DNA of 64,000 bases, taken from assembly GCA_963706125.1 (NCBI GenBank), contig CAVPLQ010000008.1, forward strand, positions 682,308-746,307, read 5' to 3'. The notes beneath the pieces were generated by a model. That model did no database searches and had not been told where the DNA came from. It worked only from the letters and a program-made list of their open reading frames with translations. Every line of letters starts with the position of its first letter. The stretch's first letter is position 1. Shown here one piece after another: positions 18,472 through 29,600 of this stretch. A program made the translations under genes and the position numbers. The stretch comes from an uncultured Flavobacteriales bacterium (GTDB lineage Bacteria; Bacteroidota; Bacteroidia; Flavobacteriales_F; PHOS-HE28).

Positions 18472-19494
18472 TTCTCAATAGACCGCATCACGGTGATGGT
18501 TTGGTCGATGGCGTCATCGTCCACGTCCCGGTGTGTCACCATGCGCACCATGAACGTACCGAACTGCGACGCCAGAACGCCGTTCTCTTTCAGTTTGACG
18601 ATCAATTGCGTGGCGGGCATTATGGGTTTCAGGACGGTGACCACGATGTTGGTCTGCACGGGCAATACGTGTTCAACAAAGGAAAGACCGGCCAGGGATG
18701 CTTCCAGCCGCATGGCACGGGCATGGTCTTCCGCAAGCCGTTCCACATGATGGTCCAAGGCATGCAGGCCAGCCGCCGCCAGAATGCCCGCCTGCCGCAT
18801 CCCCCCTCCGATCCGTTTCCGCACGCGACGGGCCTGAAGAATGAAGTCCTTCCTGCCCACGAGAACACTTCCCACCGGCACACCAAGGCCCTTGCTCAGG
18901 CAGATCGATATCGAATCGAACGGCGCGCCCCACGCTGCGGGTGTCCGTCCGTCCACCGCCATCGCGTTGAAGATCCGGGCCCCGTCCAGATGGAGCTTCA
19001 GTTCATGCCGGTCACAAACCGAGCGGATGCGCTTCGCCTCGCCCAGGTCCCAGATGCTGCCCCCTCCGCGGTTGTTGGTGTTCTCGATGTTCACCAAGCG
19101 GGTCCGCGCCAGATAGGCGGCATCGCGGTCGTTCACGGCATCGGCCACGGCTTCCGCAGTGAAACGGCCCCGGTCCGCAGGTACGAACTTCACGCTGCAT
19201 CCACTGGTGGCCATCACGCCGCCACCTTCGTAGCGGTAGATGTGGGCACCTTCCTCGCAGACCACCTCGTCGCCCGGCCGCGTATGGACGTTGATCGGCG
19301 ATCTGGTTGGTCATCGTGCCGCTGGGGCAGAAGAGCCCGGCCTCGTGGCCGAAGAGCAAGGCCATCCGTTCCTCGAGCGCGTTCACCGTGGGGTCCTCGC
19401 CGAAGACGTCATCGCCCACCACCGCTGTTGCCATGGCCTCGCGCATGGCCGGTGTGGGCATGGTCACGGTGTCCGAACGCAGATCTATCGCCAT
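18468..19494 (-). pseudogene. ltaE: low-specificity L-threonine aldolase, disrupted by a +1 frameshift near nt 19296
   Basis: N-terminal ORF 19012..19494 ([29 protein letters not shown]) and C-terminal ORF 18468..19265 (..[19 protein letters not shown]..) are consecutive ltaE segments. Deleting one base in top-strand ttgatCggcg (19291-19300) restores ..[23 protein letters not shown].. Confidence 0.75.
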
Positions 19495-19540
19495 GAAGGG
19501 GCCAAGATAACAAGGTGCGAAGGGCGGATGATGCGACGGT

Positions 19541-19927
19541 TTAATGCAAGCGCCGCTTCAATTCGGCGAGCATCCGCAGTTCCTTGGCGTTCGCCCCATG
19601 GAACGCGTGGGCCACCACGTCAGCGGCCCGAAGGACAAGTTCCTTTTGCTCGGCACAGATCCGGTCCTTATGCTGGGTGAGGTACATGGCGAAGGAGTCG
19701 AACGCTTCTTCAGGAGCTTCCCCGCGGTCGGCCTGAATGTCGAATTCGAACTCGGTGATGTAGGCCTGATCCGTTCCGAAGTGGTCCGTTGAGGCCTCCT
19801 GCGGCACCAATTGCTCGGAGACGACGCGCTTCATCGTGGCGGCCTCCTTGGCATGGATACGCCCGTCCACTGCTGCGATCGCGTAAAGCAAGCGCCCGAG
19901 TTCAGCATAGAATTTCTTCTGGTCCAC
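19541..19927 (-). CDS. TerB-family (tellurite-resistance TerB-like) protein
   Basis: 128 aa, [35 protein letters not shown].. matches the TerB helical-bundle N-terminus. Confidence 0.5.
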   Translation of the reverse strand: MDQKKFYAELGRLLYAIAAVDGRIHAKEAATMKRVVSEQLVPQEASTDHFGTDQAYITEFEFDIQADRGEAPEEAFDSFAMYLTQHKDRICAEQKELVLRAADVVAHAFHGANAKELRMLAELKRRLH

Positions 19928-20101
19928 GCCGAAAGGTAATGCATAAGCAAGGAGCTGTTGGCTGCGACGCGGGCTTTTCTGCGGGTCAACACATGGTCGA
20001 TCCTCCTGCCTGTGGTGTCGGCGAGCTAGAGGTTGCCGCGGAAGGGGGCAAATAAACTTTTCGACCTCCGGGACGTAACAATGCCGATCAATTCAGAACA
20101 G

Positions 20102-21344
20102 ATGAAGCGTAACTACGTGATGATCCTTGCCTGCGCATTGGCCACCGGGACGATGGCTCAATGGCAGCAAATGGGTTTGGAGGGAATGTCATCCACCAGC
20201 GGCGGCGTCCAAGTCGTGGACGGGACGGTCTACTTCCACCCGGGGGAGGACCAGGGCACCATCCACCGGTCCGATGACATGGGGGTGACCTGGCAGATCT
20301 TGCATTTTGCGGATGAAAGCCGTTCATGGAAATACCTAGGCAACAAGCACACCCAGTACATCAACTACGGGACCATGGATACCGGCCCCCACGGGCTCTA
20401 CCGCAAGATGGAGCTTCAGGATTCCTTCACGGACCTGGGCGCGACCATCACGGACTTCGATGTGTTGGACAATGGCCGCGTGGTGGCTTCCACCGGGTCG
20501 GCCGGTGAGGGTTCCATCATCGTGAGCGATCAATATGGTGAGGCGTGGGTATCGGTTTTCCCTTCCACGGGGAACGTTCAGACCCGCTTGGTCGGTCGTG
20601 ATGGGCAGGATCGTCTGCTTGTGCAAGCTTTCGTGGAGACCAGCGAGAATGATCTGGACCTGGGACTTTTCCGGTCCTCGGACTCCGGTGATTCCTGGGA
20701 TCGGATCAACGGGATCAAGAACGACCTCACCGGGGCCAGTGCCAACGTGGACCATTCCATCTACTGCTCCAATGGGCTAAGGATCTTGAAAAGCATGGAC
20801 GATGGCGAGAAATGGGCGCTGTCGTCCGTGGATTTTCCCTATGCGGGCCTCACGGGCTCCCGTGTCTTCAACATGGGCGGTGGGCACGTCTTCTTCATGT
20901 GCCACGAACCCGGCATGACCAACGGGGTGAACTTGTACCAGAGCCTGGACTTCGGTGTTAGCTGGTCCCCCGTGGAAGAGGAAGATCTCCGAGCATTTGA
21001 TCTTCAACATGGCCCGTGATGGATCGGGCCACGTCTATGCCGCCACCGATAACGGTGTATACCGGCTCGACCTTGCGACGGCCGTGGGCATCAGCGACCC
21101 CGGGCACGCGGCAAGCGTGTTCGCTTACCCCGTGCCCACTTCGGATAACCTAGTGGTGAACGCCGGCGGTGCGATGATGACCGAATTGCGCTTGTTCGAT
21201 GCGGCATCGCGCGAAGTGATGTTCAAACCGAACGTGGACAAACCTGCTGAACTGTTGCACGTGGGGCATCTGTCCCCCGGGGTCTACATCCTACGCGCGG
21301 TGACCAACAAGGGCATCGCCACCACCAGTGTGGTCGTGGAGTGA
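20102..21344 (+). pseudogene. BNR/sortilin-like repeat protein with T9SS type-A C-terminal sorting domain; frameshift near nt 20985
   Basis: Signal peptide MKRNYVMILACALATGTMAQ. Repeated S-x-D-x-G-x-T/S-W BNR motifs (SDDMGVTW, SSDSGDSW, SMDDGEKW, SLDFGVSW). ORF 20033..21019 stops right after ..SWSPVEEEDL; the -1-frame ORF 20955..21344 continues (..ISEHLIFNMARDGSGHVYAATDNGVYRLDL..) into a Por_Secre_tail (..LSPGVYILRAVTNKGIATTSVVVE). Confidence 0.65.
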
Positions 21345-21373
21345 TCCATCCTTCCTGAACGGCAACGGGCCGA

Positions 21374-21415
21374 TCGCAGTGATGCGGTCGGCCCGTTGTG
21401 TTTTTGGGAATGCTT
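21374..21415. terminator. bidirectional terminator hairpin
   Basis: ACGGGCCGATCGCagtgaGCGGTCGGCCCGT followed by tgtgttttt, between convergent genes. Confidence 0.7.
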
Positions 21416-21840
21416 CAATCCATGCGTCGGAACAGATGGCCGCAACTATCGCAGCGCATGGAGCGGTCCAGCGAGAGCGGATACACCGAGAAGAGCAATG
21501 CCAGTGCCCAATGGAAGATGCCGCTGGTTGTCCGGGGTTTTGAAACACCGTTCATCAGCTCTTCCGATCCGCACTTCGGGCAGCGGATGGGCTGCTCTTC
21601 GTCATCGAGAAAGGGGCGGTGCTCAGTTACGTTCAGGATGCGCAGTGCATCCGCTTTGGACCCCACGGGAACCTTCAACTTGATGCCGCCCAGTGCATAG
21701 CTGAACATCCGGTTGAGGCTGATGATGTGCTCATCATGCACGAAAGCCTCGATCCCTTCATTCTCCAGCAGGCAACGGGCCAAATGCGCCTCGATCGGAT
21801 CGTCATAGAACCGGATGGGTACCAGGTCGTACTCGTTCAT
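21415..21840 (-). CDS. DUF2007-domain protein with C-terminal zinc ribbon
   Basis: 141 aa. N-terminal DUF2007-like fold (MNEYDLVPIRFYDDPIEAHLARCLLENEGIEAFVHDEH..) and CPKCGS..CDSCGH Cys pairs. Confidence 0.5.
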   Translation of the reverse strand: MNEYDLVPIRFYDDPIEAHLARCLLENEGIEAFVHDEHIISLNRMFSYALGGIKLKVPVGSKADALRILNVTEHRPFLDDEEQPIRCPKCGSEELMNGVSKPRTTSGIFHWALALLFSVYPLSLDRSMRCDSCGHLFRRMD

Positions 21841-21844
21841 CCGC

Positions 21845-22489
21845 CTATTTCTTCCGGGCTACCAGCAGGCCATCGCGTAAGGGCACCATCACAGTCTCCA
21901 AGCGCGGGTCGGCATTTACGCGGCGGGCGTACTCCACCAGCGCTCGGGTCTGGTCGTCCTGTTCGCTCCGGGGCTTCAGTACATCCCCGCTCCAAAGCAC
22001 ATTGTCCGCGATGATGAGGCCGCCGGGGCCCACCTTTTCGATCACCGCCTCGAAGTAGTTCGGATAATTCGGTTTGTCGGCGTCGATGAAGACGAGGTCG
22101 AACGGCGCGGGCAGATCAGGGATGACCTCCAGCGCGGGCCAGTGGTGCATGGTGATCCGGTCCTGCATACCGGCCATCCTGATGTAGCGGTCCACCATCT
22201 CCGGCAAGTAGGGGTCGATGTCGATGGTGTGCAACATGCCGCCCTCGGCCAGTCCTTCCGCGAGGCACAACGCGCTGTAGCCGGTGTAGGTGCCGATCTC
22301 CACGATGATCTTCGGCTTCACTAAATGGCTCAGCATGGAGAGGAAGCGTCCTTGCAGATGGCCGCTGAGCATCTGCGGCATTTCGACCTTCGCCCTCGTC
22401 TCTGCGGTAAGTACCTTCAGGTAGGAAGGCTCGATGCCACTGTGTGCTTCGCAGTATGCATCAAGCGCGGGGTCAAGAAATTTCATCAA
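21845..22489 (-). CDS. class-I SAM-dependent O-methyltransferase (caffeoyl-CoA OMT family)
   Basis: 214 aa. SAM motif IVEIGTYTGYSAL and ..DLVFIDADKPNYPNY.. typical of family-3 O-methyltransferases. Confidence 0.8.
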   Translation of the reverse strand: MMKFLDPALDAYCEAHSGIEPSYLKVLTAETRAKVEMPQMLSGHLQGRFLSMLSHLVKPKIIVEIGTYTGYSALCLAEGLAEGGMLHTIDIDPYLPEMVDRYIRMAGMQDRITMHHWPALEVIPDLPAPFDLVFIDADKPNYPNYFEAVIEKVGPGGLIIADNVLWSGDVLKPRSEQDDQTRALVEYARRVNADPRLETVMVPLRDGLLVARKK

Positions 22490-23682
22490 GGAAGTTTGTT
22501 CAATATACCGCGAAGTTGCGTCGGTCCATGCAGGGCTTCCACCACATAGCGACCGGGTGCCAATCGACTAACATCGATGGGCGAGCCACTGTTCACCTGG
22601 AGGTCATGGACGGTGCGCCCCAGTGCATCCATGATCCGGATGCGGGCATCGGGCCAAGTGGTGGGCCAGGTCACCGTGATCAAGTGGGTTGCAGGATTCG
22701 GGTAGAGGCCGATCCGGGACATATCCTTATCCTCGATGCCTACGGCGAAATCCAGTCTCCACCAATCGTTGTGGCGCGTACGGGCCTGATCCAGACCGAG
22801 GCCGAAGAAGAACGAGTTGCTCCAATTGCTGGTCACCTCGATACCGGCACCCACGCCTCCACGCCGCGGTCCGCCGGGAAAAGAGGGGAGGGTGGACCAA
22901 TCACCCGTGTACCCGCCCCAAGCATCATCGTGAAAGCTGGTGTCGCTATCTGCTCCTCCCACTATCACCATCACATATTGCGATCCGCCCTTCATCTCGT
23001 ATCGCGGTGCGGGCAGGTCGGCGCGCTGATAGTATGTGCCGGTTTCAAACCAGACGGGATAGCTCCATGCATCACTGAGGGCGGTCCCCGTGGAATCAGC
23101 TCCTCCAGCGATCAACATACCGCCACCATCCTGAATGGCAACCGCACGGTGTCGGGATGGACCGGGCACCGGGTTCATTTCCTCCCACGAATCAGTGGCA
23201 GGGAAATACTTCCAAGCCTCCTTGGTAGGCACGCCGCTCGCCAGCATGCCGGTGGCCAGGATCCCATAGTTCCAAGCCTCCACGGCAGCACAGGCGTAGC
23301 GGGCCTCTGCGGGCATGGAGCTCTTTTGTGCCCACTGGTCGGTCTCCGGGTAGTAGGCCCACAGTTCGCTCACGGCACCGATCGCATCCACGCCGCCAAA
23401 GACATAGCCTGTGTCGCCTACGGTAAAGGCAGCGCAGTATTGTCGGGGAGTGGTGGGCATGGCCGCGATGGCCGCCCAGTTCCCGGTCTGCGCATTGAAG
23501 CACCACCAATCGTTCGTCAGTCCCCAGCCCACCTCCATGCCGGTGCCCACGTATGTCTTGTCCCCGATGCTGAAGGATGCCGCATCATCACGCGCCGTAC
23601 CGGGGAAGTCGGGGAGTTGCTGCCAGGTCTGGGCGGATACCAATAAAGGGATAAAAAGCAGCAGGGGAATGAGGTGGCGCAT
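22486..23682 (-). CDS. Kelch-repeat beta-propeller protein with T9SS type-A C-terminal sorting domain
   Basis: 398 aa with signal peptide MRHLIPLLLFIPLLVSAQ. Repeated ..YVFGG / ..W..y.. Kelch blades. C-terminus ..LYPNPATHLITVTW..IMDALGRTV..LAPGRYVVEA.. is a Por_Secre_tail. Its stop overlaps the OMT start by 4 nt. Confidence 0.7.
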   Translation of the reverse strand: MRHLIPLLLFIPLLVSAQTWQQLPDFPGTARDDAASFSIGDKTYVGTGMEVGWGLTNDWWCFNAQTGNWAAIAAMPTTPRQYCAAFTVGDTGYVFGGVDAIGAVSELWAYYPETDQWAQKSSMPAEARYACAAVEAWNYGILATGMLASGVPTKEAWKYFPATDSWEEMNPVPGPSRHRAVAIQDGGGMLIAGGADSTGTALSDAWSYPVWFETGTYYQRADLPAPRYEMKGGSQYVMVIVGGADSDTSFHDDAWGGYTGDWSTLPSFPGGPRRGGVGAGIEVTSNWSNSFFFGLGLDQARTRHNDWWRLDFAVGIEDKDMSRIGLYPNPATHLITVTWPTTWPDARIRIMDALGRTVHDLQVNSGSPIDVSRLAPGRYVVEALHGPTQLRGILNKLP

Positions 23683-23906
23683 GCCCGAAGGTAGTGACCA
23701 TGGTCTGCTGCATCGTTTTCATGGCCATGCGACGAATGATGGCGGCACACGGATACATTTCAAGGATGGGCATCCCGCTGTCACGAACGAATGAGGCTAT
23801 TCCATCAGTCAACGCTTAGTAGGGGCCTCGCCATGGTTCTCCGAGACCTTCACGATCCCGATGGTGTCCTCCCAACGGATGCTTCGGTCGCGTGCGATGG
23901 CCGTCC

Positions 23907-24896
23907 TCACCGCGCCACCACCTCCACGCGGCGGTTCAGCTGTCGCCCATCGGCCGTGGTGTTGGTCGCCACCGGCACCAGCGGCCCCACGCCGTGGCCA
24001 GGTATGCGCCTTTGGTCGATGCCTTGCTCAGTGACCAATAGGCGCACCACCTCGTCGGCTCGGCGTCGGCTCAGGTCCAGGTTGTGCTCCAACGCGCCGG
24101 TCATGTCAGTGTGCCCCACGATGTACACGTTCAACTTGGGGCGGGCCTTCATCAGCTTGCCGATCTCCGCGACCATGGGCATGGACGCGGGCTGCACGGT
24201 GGCCCCGTCGGTGTCGAACAGGAGGTCGTTGAGTGCCACCTTGCCATAGTTATCGATCTGCTGCATCATCCATTCGGCATTCACGCGGATCTTGTCCGTG
24301 GCGATGCCCACTTCCTCGATCACGTCCACCAGCACCAGCTTGGTCCCGGTGGTGTATTGCGCGCCACCGATCACTACGTGTACAGGAGTCCCTTGGTCGT
24401 CCAAGGTGCCTGCCAGCATGAAGGTCCCGCCTGAGGTGGCGGACCCGTTCAACAGGAGGATGCCCGTGCTCGGCGGGAATTCATTCCGGCCGTAGTGGAC
24501 GCCCAGAAAGGAGCGGCTGCCCACATTGGGCGATGTGGACTTCATCTCAATGCCGTCGGCAAGCATCCGTGCCCCGGCCCGCTGCAATGCACCTTGGTAG
24601 TTGAGATAAATGTCCCGGATGCTCATATCGCCTTCCACCGTGTAGTAGATGCGCGTGCGCTTGCCCGTCACCTCGGTCCATTCGTCGATCTGCCGATAGC
24701 CGATGATCGGCCCGTGGGCGATGGCGTACGCAACATGGTTCTGCTCCTCGCAGTAGCCGATGAACGATCCCGGATAGCGGGTGATCACCGGATGGTCCTT
24801 GCAGCCGGACTTGTCCTGCGCTTTCGCTTGGAACGGAATGGCCAAGACCATCAGCACACAGGCCCTGACCAGCAGGCGGGAGCCATGCATGGTCAT
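23907..24896 (-). CDS. OmpA-family protein (N-terminal DUF4892-like domain plus OmpA_C)
   Basis: 329 aa with signal peptide. C-terminus ..NVYIVGHTDMTGALEHNLDLSRRRADEVVRLL..GRQLNRRVEVV is an OmpA-like domain. Confidence 0.7.
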   Translation of the reverse strand: MTMHGSRLLVRACVLMVLAIPFQAKAQDKSGCKDHPVITRYPGSFIGYCEEQNHVAYAIAHGPIIGYRQIDEWTEVTGKRTRIYYTVEGDMSIRDIYLNYQGALQRAGARMLADGIEMKSTSPNVGSRSFLGVHYGRNEFPPSTGILLLNGSATSGGTFMLAGTLDDQGTPVHVVIGGAQYTTGTKLVLVDVIEEVGIATDKIRVNAEWMMQQIDNYGKVALNDLLFDTDGATVQPASMPMVAEIGKLMKARPKLNVYIVGHTDMTGALEHNLDLSRRRADEVVRLLVTEQGIDQRRIPGHGVGPLVPVATNTTADGRQLNRRVEVVAR

Positions 24897-25912
24897 TCGA
24901 CGATAAGGCGTTGAAAGACCCGGTCCTCCGGCCTAGTGCCGACGAGTTGCAGGACATAGCTGCCCTTCGCGACCGGAAGTTCAAGTGTCGGTTCCGACGT
25001 GACTTGTTCCTCCAGGACCAAGCGGCCTTGGGCGTCAATGAGGCGTATGTGCTCGAAATACTGGTCCTTGGGAAGGTGGATCCGGACTGTTTGTCCGGCG
25101 CGCACCGGGTTGGGGAAGAGCATCTGTGCGTCGCTTAGGAGTTCCGATACGGAGGTGTTCCCGGCAGACGCCGGATCCTTGTCGTACCACACGAGGCTCT
25201 CCACGCCGAAGCCGTCGTTATTGATCTCCATCAGCAGCAGCCAAAAGCGGTGGTCTTGTGATACCCATGCCCATTGTTCCTTGGTCTGCGTGGCGATGTT
25301 ACCGAAAATGGTATTGCGCTGCACCCGGCTGATGTGGTAGCGCACCACGTTGGAATAGGTCGCGTTGGGCAGAACCAAGGTGCCGTAGCCGTCCGCTTCG
25401 AAATCCACGGTCCCATCCACCGTTCCAAAGAACGTGTTCGTGGTGAAGGTTCCGCTGAAGGTGTCGTCGAAGCTATCCCCGTAGGTGTACGGAATGGGGA
25501 TGATCCGCTCGTTGTTATCGGAATAGTTGAGCTTCATCGTATCGGCAGTCGGTCCGGAGACGATCAGTACCTGGCCTACGGTCTCCAGTGCGTCCGGCCC
25601 CACGGCATAGTAGCTGTGCGCCTGCTCCCAGGAGACACCGCAGAGCGTGGAACCGGGAAAATCCGTGGGCCATAGGGTGGTAGCGGGGTCCACGAAGTTG
25701 AATTGCTCCTCGCTGGCCTCGGTCAGTCCGCTGAAGTCCCAGTTTTGCAGGGCACCGGCACTGGTGCTCAACGCGTTCTCATCCACCATGTCGGAGCAGA
25801 TGCCGATGGTGGTGATGTCACCGAGCTGTGGGATGTTGTTCACGGTGATCGTCGGTTGCGCTTGGACGAAGGCGGCGGCACAGAGGAGTGAAAGGATGGT
25901 GGGAATACGCAT
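24893..25912 (-). CDS. secreted protein with T9SS type-A C-terminal sorting domain
   Basis: 339 aa from ATG at 25910-25912. Signal peptide MRIPTILSLLCAAAFVQAQ. C-terminus ..MLFPNPVRAGQTVRIHLPKDQ..IDAQGRLV..LPVAKGSYVLQLV.. Its stop overlaps the start of the downstream OmpA gene (ATGA). Confidence 0.65.
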   Translation of the reverse strand: MRIPTILSLLCAAAFVQAQPTITVNNIPQLGDITTIGICSDMVDENALSTSAGALQNWDFSGLTEASEEQFNFVDPATTLWPTDFPGSTLCGVSWEQAHSYYAVGPDALETVGQVLIVSGPTADTMKLNYSDNNERIIPIPYTYGDSFDDTFSGTFTTNTFFGTVDGTVDFEADGYGTLVLPNATYSNVVRYHISRVQRNTIFGNIATQTKEQWAWVSQDHRFWLLLMEINNDGFGVESLVWYDKDPASAGNTSVSELLSDAQMLFPNPVRAGQTVRIHLPKDQYFEHIRLIDAQGRLVLEEQVTSEPTLELPVAKGSYVLQLVGTRPEDRVFQRLIVE

Positions 25913-26033
25913 GGCTCTGGGGTTTATGCGCCGGTATTCGGCACAGGTGTGTAGGGTTCTTCGCATGTCGGTACTGTTCACAGGACAAAACAAGGCCTTT
26001 GCACCATGCCCCGCCATCACCCATTTGGGTGGA

Positions 26034-26681
26034 TCAGATCAGCCGGTCCTGCAAGGCTTTGCGTACGGCTTCCGCGCGCGTATGCACCTGCAGCTTTTCG
26101 TAGACGCGCTTGATGTGCGCCTTCACCGTGTTGGTGCTGATGAAGAGCGCTTCCGCAATGCTGCGGTAATTCTCCCCGTCGCAGAGCCTCGCCAACACTT
26201 CCGTCTCGCGCTCGGAGAGTGTCGCATGGTTCCGTACCGGCTGGAAGGTGCAGACCACCATGCGGGCGATCGCGGGCGACATGGCCGAGCCGCCTTCATG
26301 GACCTCGGTGATCGCCTGGAGGATCGCCTCTGGCGACGCGTGCTTCAGCAGATAGCCCGATGCCCCGGCGCTCAACGCATGGAAAACGGTCTCTTCGTCC
26401 TCGCGCACGGAGAGCATCAGGAACTCGGTCCCCGGCAGCTTTTCCTTCAAGATCCGTACGCCCTCCACGCCGTTCATTCCCGGCAGGTTGACGTCCATGA
26501 GCACCACGTCGGGCGGTTCCTCGGGCAGGAGCTGCAGGGCCTCTTCGCAGGAGGGGAAACCATGGGTGAAGTGGAAGCCGTCCTGTTCCTCAAGGATGAG
26601 CCGGAGTGCCTCGCGCACCTCGCGATCGTCCTCCACCACGGCCACGGTGATCACGCGCGGAATGTCGATTTCCCGTCCCAT
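26034..26681 (-). CDS. LuxR/NarL-family DNA-binding response regulator
   Basis: 215 aa. REC domain (VAVVEDDREVREAL..VLMDVNLPGMNG..) plus LuxR HTH (..LSERETEVLARLCDGENYRSIAEALFISTNTVKAHIKRVYEKL..). Confidence 0.85.
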   Translation of the reverse strand: MGREIDIPRVITVAVVEDDREVREALRLILEEQDGFHFTHGFPSCEEALQLLPEEPPDVVLMDVNLPGMNGVEGVRILKEKLPGTEFLMLSVREDEETVFHALSAGASGYLLKHASPEAILQAITEVHEGGSAMSPAIARMVVCTFQPVRNHATLSERETEVLARLCDGENYRSIAEALFISTNTVKAHIKRVYEKLQVHTRAEAVRKALQDRLI

Positions 26682-26684
26682 GTT

Positions 26685-29600
26685 TCAGCTGGGTTCCGGT
26701 GTGGCTTGCAGGGATCCCATGGGTACGCGCACGGTGATCTTCGTTCCTTGGCCAACGGCACTATGGATGCCCAAGGCGGCCCCGATCTCCGAGGCGCGCT
26801 GGCTCATGTTGCGTAGGCCATGGTGGTCCGCCGACCGCGTGGCCAGTGTGTCGAAGCCGCTGCCGTCATCTTCCAGGTCGATCACCAAGTGTGCCTCCTC
26901 CATCCGGGCGCTCAAGGTACAGCGCCGGGCCGCTGCGTATTTGGCACAGTTGTTCATGGCCTCCTTCATGAGCAGAGTGATCGCACGGCGCGTCTCCATG
27001 GTGACGTGCATGCGCAATGCGGGTGGCGGCGGGGCGGTCACTTTGAAGGCCGTGGGTGTGGCATCGAAGAGGGCCAGCCCGAAGGAGGTGAGCCGTTCCA
27101 AGGTGTCCCCGAGGCTGTCCCGCGTGGGGTCCATGGTCCAGATCAGGTCGCGGATGCCGGCCGAGAGTTCCCGGCTGGCGGTCTCGATCTTCAGGAGATG
27201 CGGGACCAGTTCCGGGTTTCCGGCGGCGCGTTGGCGGACCAGTCCGGTGAAGAGATTGATGCGGGTGATGCGCGCCCCGGCCTCATCGTGGAAATCGGCA
27301 GCGCTCCTCCGGCGGAAGTTTTCGAACTGCTCCGCCTTGGCCTTTTCGGCGCTCGCATGCGCCGCTGCTTCCCGGCGGACCATCCGTAAGCGCATGCTGA
27401 AGACCGCATAGAGCACTCCGGCCAGCAGGCCCGCATAAGCGAGGTAGGCGTACCAGCGCAGCCACGGCGGGGCGAGCACATGGATCGCGAGCGAGGCCCC
27501 TTCGGTATTCCAGACCCCGTCGTTATTGGTGGCCTGCACATGCAGCCGGTATGAGCCCGGCGCCAAGTTGGTGAAGGTGACATCGTTGCGCGGGCCAAGG
27601 TCCACCCACCGTTCATCGAAGCCTTCCAGCCGGTACCGGTAGCGGTTCTTCTCCGGGGCGATGAAGTTCAGCGCCGCGAAGGTGAAGGTCAGCACATGGT
27701 GGTGCCAGGCCAAGTCAAGACGTTCCAGCTGATGCGGAGGGCGGTCGAGCGCGAGGCCGTCGCCGGTCCCTGCGGGCCGGACGGGCAGGGGCTTGTTGTA
27801 CAGGGCGATGCCGGTGAAACGCACGGGAGGCGGGCGCATGTTGGTCGCGAGGTCCGCTTCCCGGAACCAGGACAATCCGTTCGCACCACCGAAGTACAGC
27901 GTGCCATCGCGGCTCCGTATGAAGGCGTTCTGGTTGAACTCGTCTCCCGGCAGGCCGTCGCCTTGATCGAGCATGCACAATACCGTCCCGCTATCGGGGT
28001 CCCATTCCACCAGTCCGTCGTTGGTGCTCAGCCAGAGATGGCCGCCCTCGTCGGGCTGGATGCCATAGATCACCTCGTTAGGTAATCCGTCCGCACGGTT
28101 GTACCGCTTGAACATCCCTTCCTCCGCGCGGCCCTCCAGTACGGTGCGGCGCAGTTTCGTGTTCAATGGTCCGCGCGTGCGACAGAGGCCGTTCACCGTT
28201 CCCGCCCAGAGCCGGCCCTTCGGGTCCTGGTACAGGCAGAGCACGAGGTCCGCGCTGAGGCTGCCCATGTCCTCCGGTTCATGCTTCACCGTCCCGAAGG
28301 TGCCATCGGGGGAACGCAATAACAGGCCACCGCCCGCCGTGCCCGTCCAGAGGAATCCGGCATCATCCACAAGCAGGGTGAAGAGGTAGGGATGCGAAGG
28401 GCCGTCGCTACCACCGGTAGGACCTTGGCAGGAAAGGGCGCCGGCGGCGCTGTCCAACCGGCAGAGCCCCGCACCGCCCGTGGCGAGCCAAACGTTCCTG
28501 GACGTGGTGGTCAGGATGTGGTGAACGATGTCCGCACGACGCGGGTCGGTCAGGCCGACGGGCCTGTGGCGCTTGACCCCGATCTTTCCTTCGCGCTCGA
28601 CCACCTCGTTCAGCCCGCCGCCCAAAGTGCCCACGAGGATCCGTCCCTGATCGTCCATGGCGAGTGACAGTACGTAGTCCGCGCCTAAGGAGCTGGGGTC
28701 GCGTGGATCATACCGCAGGTGCCGGAACGCGTCCTTCGCGCGATCCCAGATCGTCAAGCCGGACGGGGAGCCGATCCAGATCCGGCCTTGCAGATCCTCG
28801 ATCAGCGCGGTCACGCTTGTATGTAACAGGCCATTGGTGTCCCCTGATGAATGCGTCAAGGCATGGACGGTCGGCTCCAGGCGATCGATGCGGTCCAGCC
28901 CGTTGCGGGTGCCCACCCAGATCTCGCCGCCGCGCCCGGCATGGATCGAAAGGACGTGGTCGTCCGCAAGGCTCGATGGGTCGTCGGGCCGGTGCCGATG
29001 GATGTAAGTGGCACCGCTTGACCGGACCATGAGGACCAGGCCGTGCGTGGTGCCGATCAGGATGTGATCCTTCAGAAGCAGGAAACACTGGAAGCCCATC
29101 TTCGGGTCGGCCGTGGAAAGCGAGCCTGCGTCCACCAGTACGGCTTCCTCCGCAGTGCGCGGGTCGATCCGGTAAAGCCGGCGGTTCTCCAGCACATGGA
29201 CAGCCTCCGGGGTGGCGGTTAAGGCGGTCACCTCCTGTTCCGTGCCGGTCCCCGGGCCCTGCTTCAAGACCTCCACCCCGCCGGTGGACATTGTGAACCG
29301 CAGCAGTCCCGCCCGGCCTTGGAGCAGCAGGTGGTCCGCATCACCGGGCGCCATGGCACCGATCAGGTCCCCTTCGGCCATGCCGCCCTCGATATAGCGT
29401 TGGACGCTTCCGGTTTCCATGTCCAACCGGTCGAGGCCCTTGCCGGTGCGCACCCACAGCACACCGGCAGGGTGCTCCAGCAAGCCCAGGACGCGGTCGC
29501 TGCTCAGGCTCCGGGGATTCTCCCTCGGCATGCCGGAAATGGCTGAACGCGTCGGTGCCGGGGTCATAGCGGTCGAGGCCGCCCCCGTAGGTGCCGATCC

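Noticed and set aside
22444-23646. 400-aa + strand ORF, plus several 100-400-aa ORFs (25647..26816, 32534..33664, 48420..49562, 50034..50741)
   Set aside because: All overlap, on the opposite strand or in alternative frames, genes with strong family signatures. Their compositions are the Arg/Ala/Gly/Pro bias expected from non-coding frames at about 60% GC.
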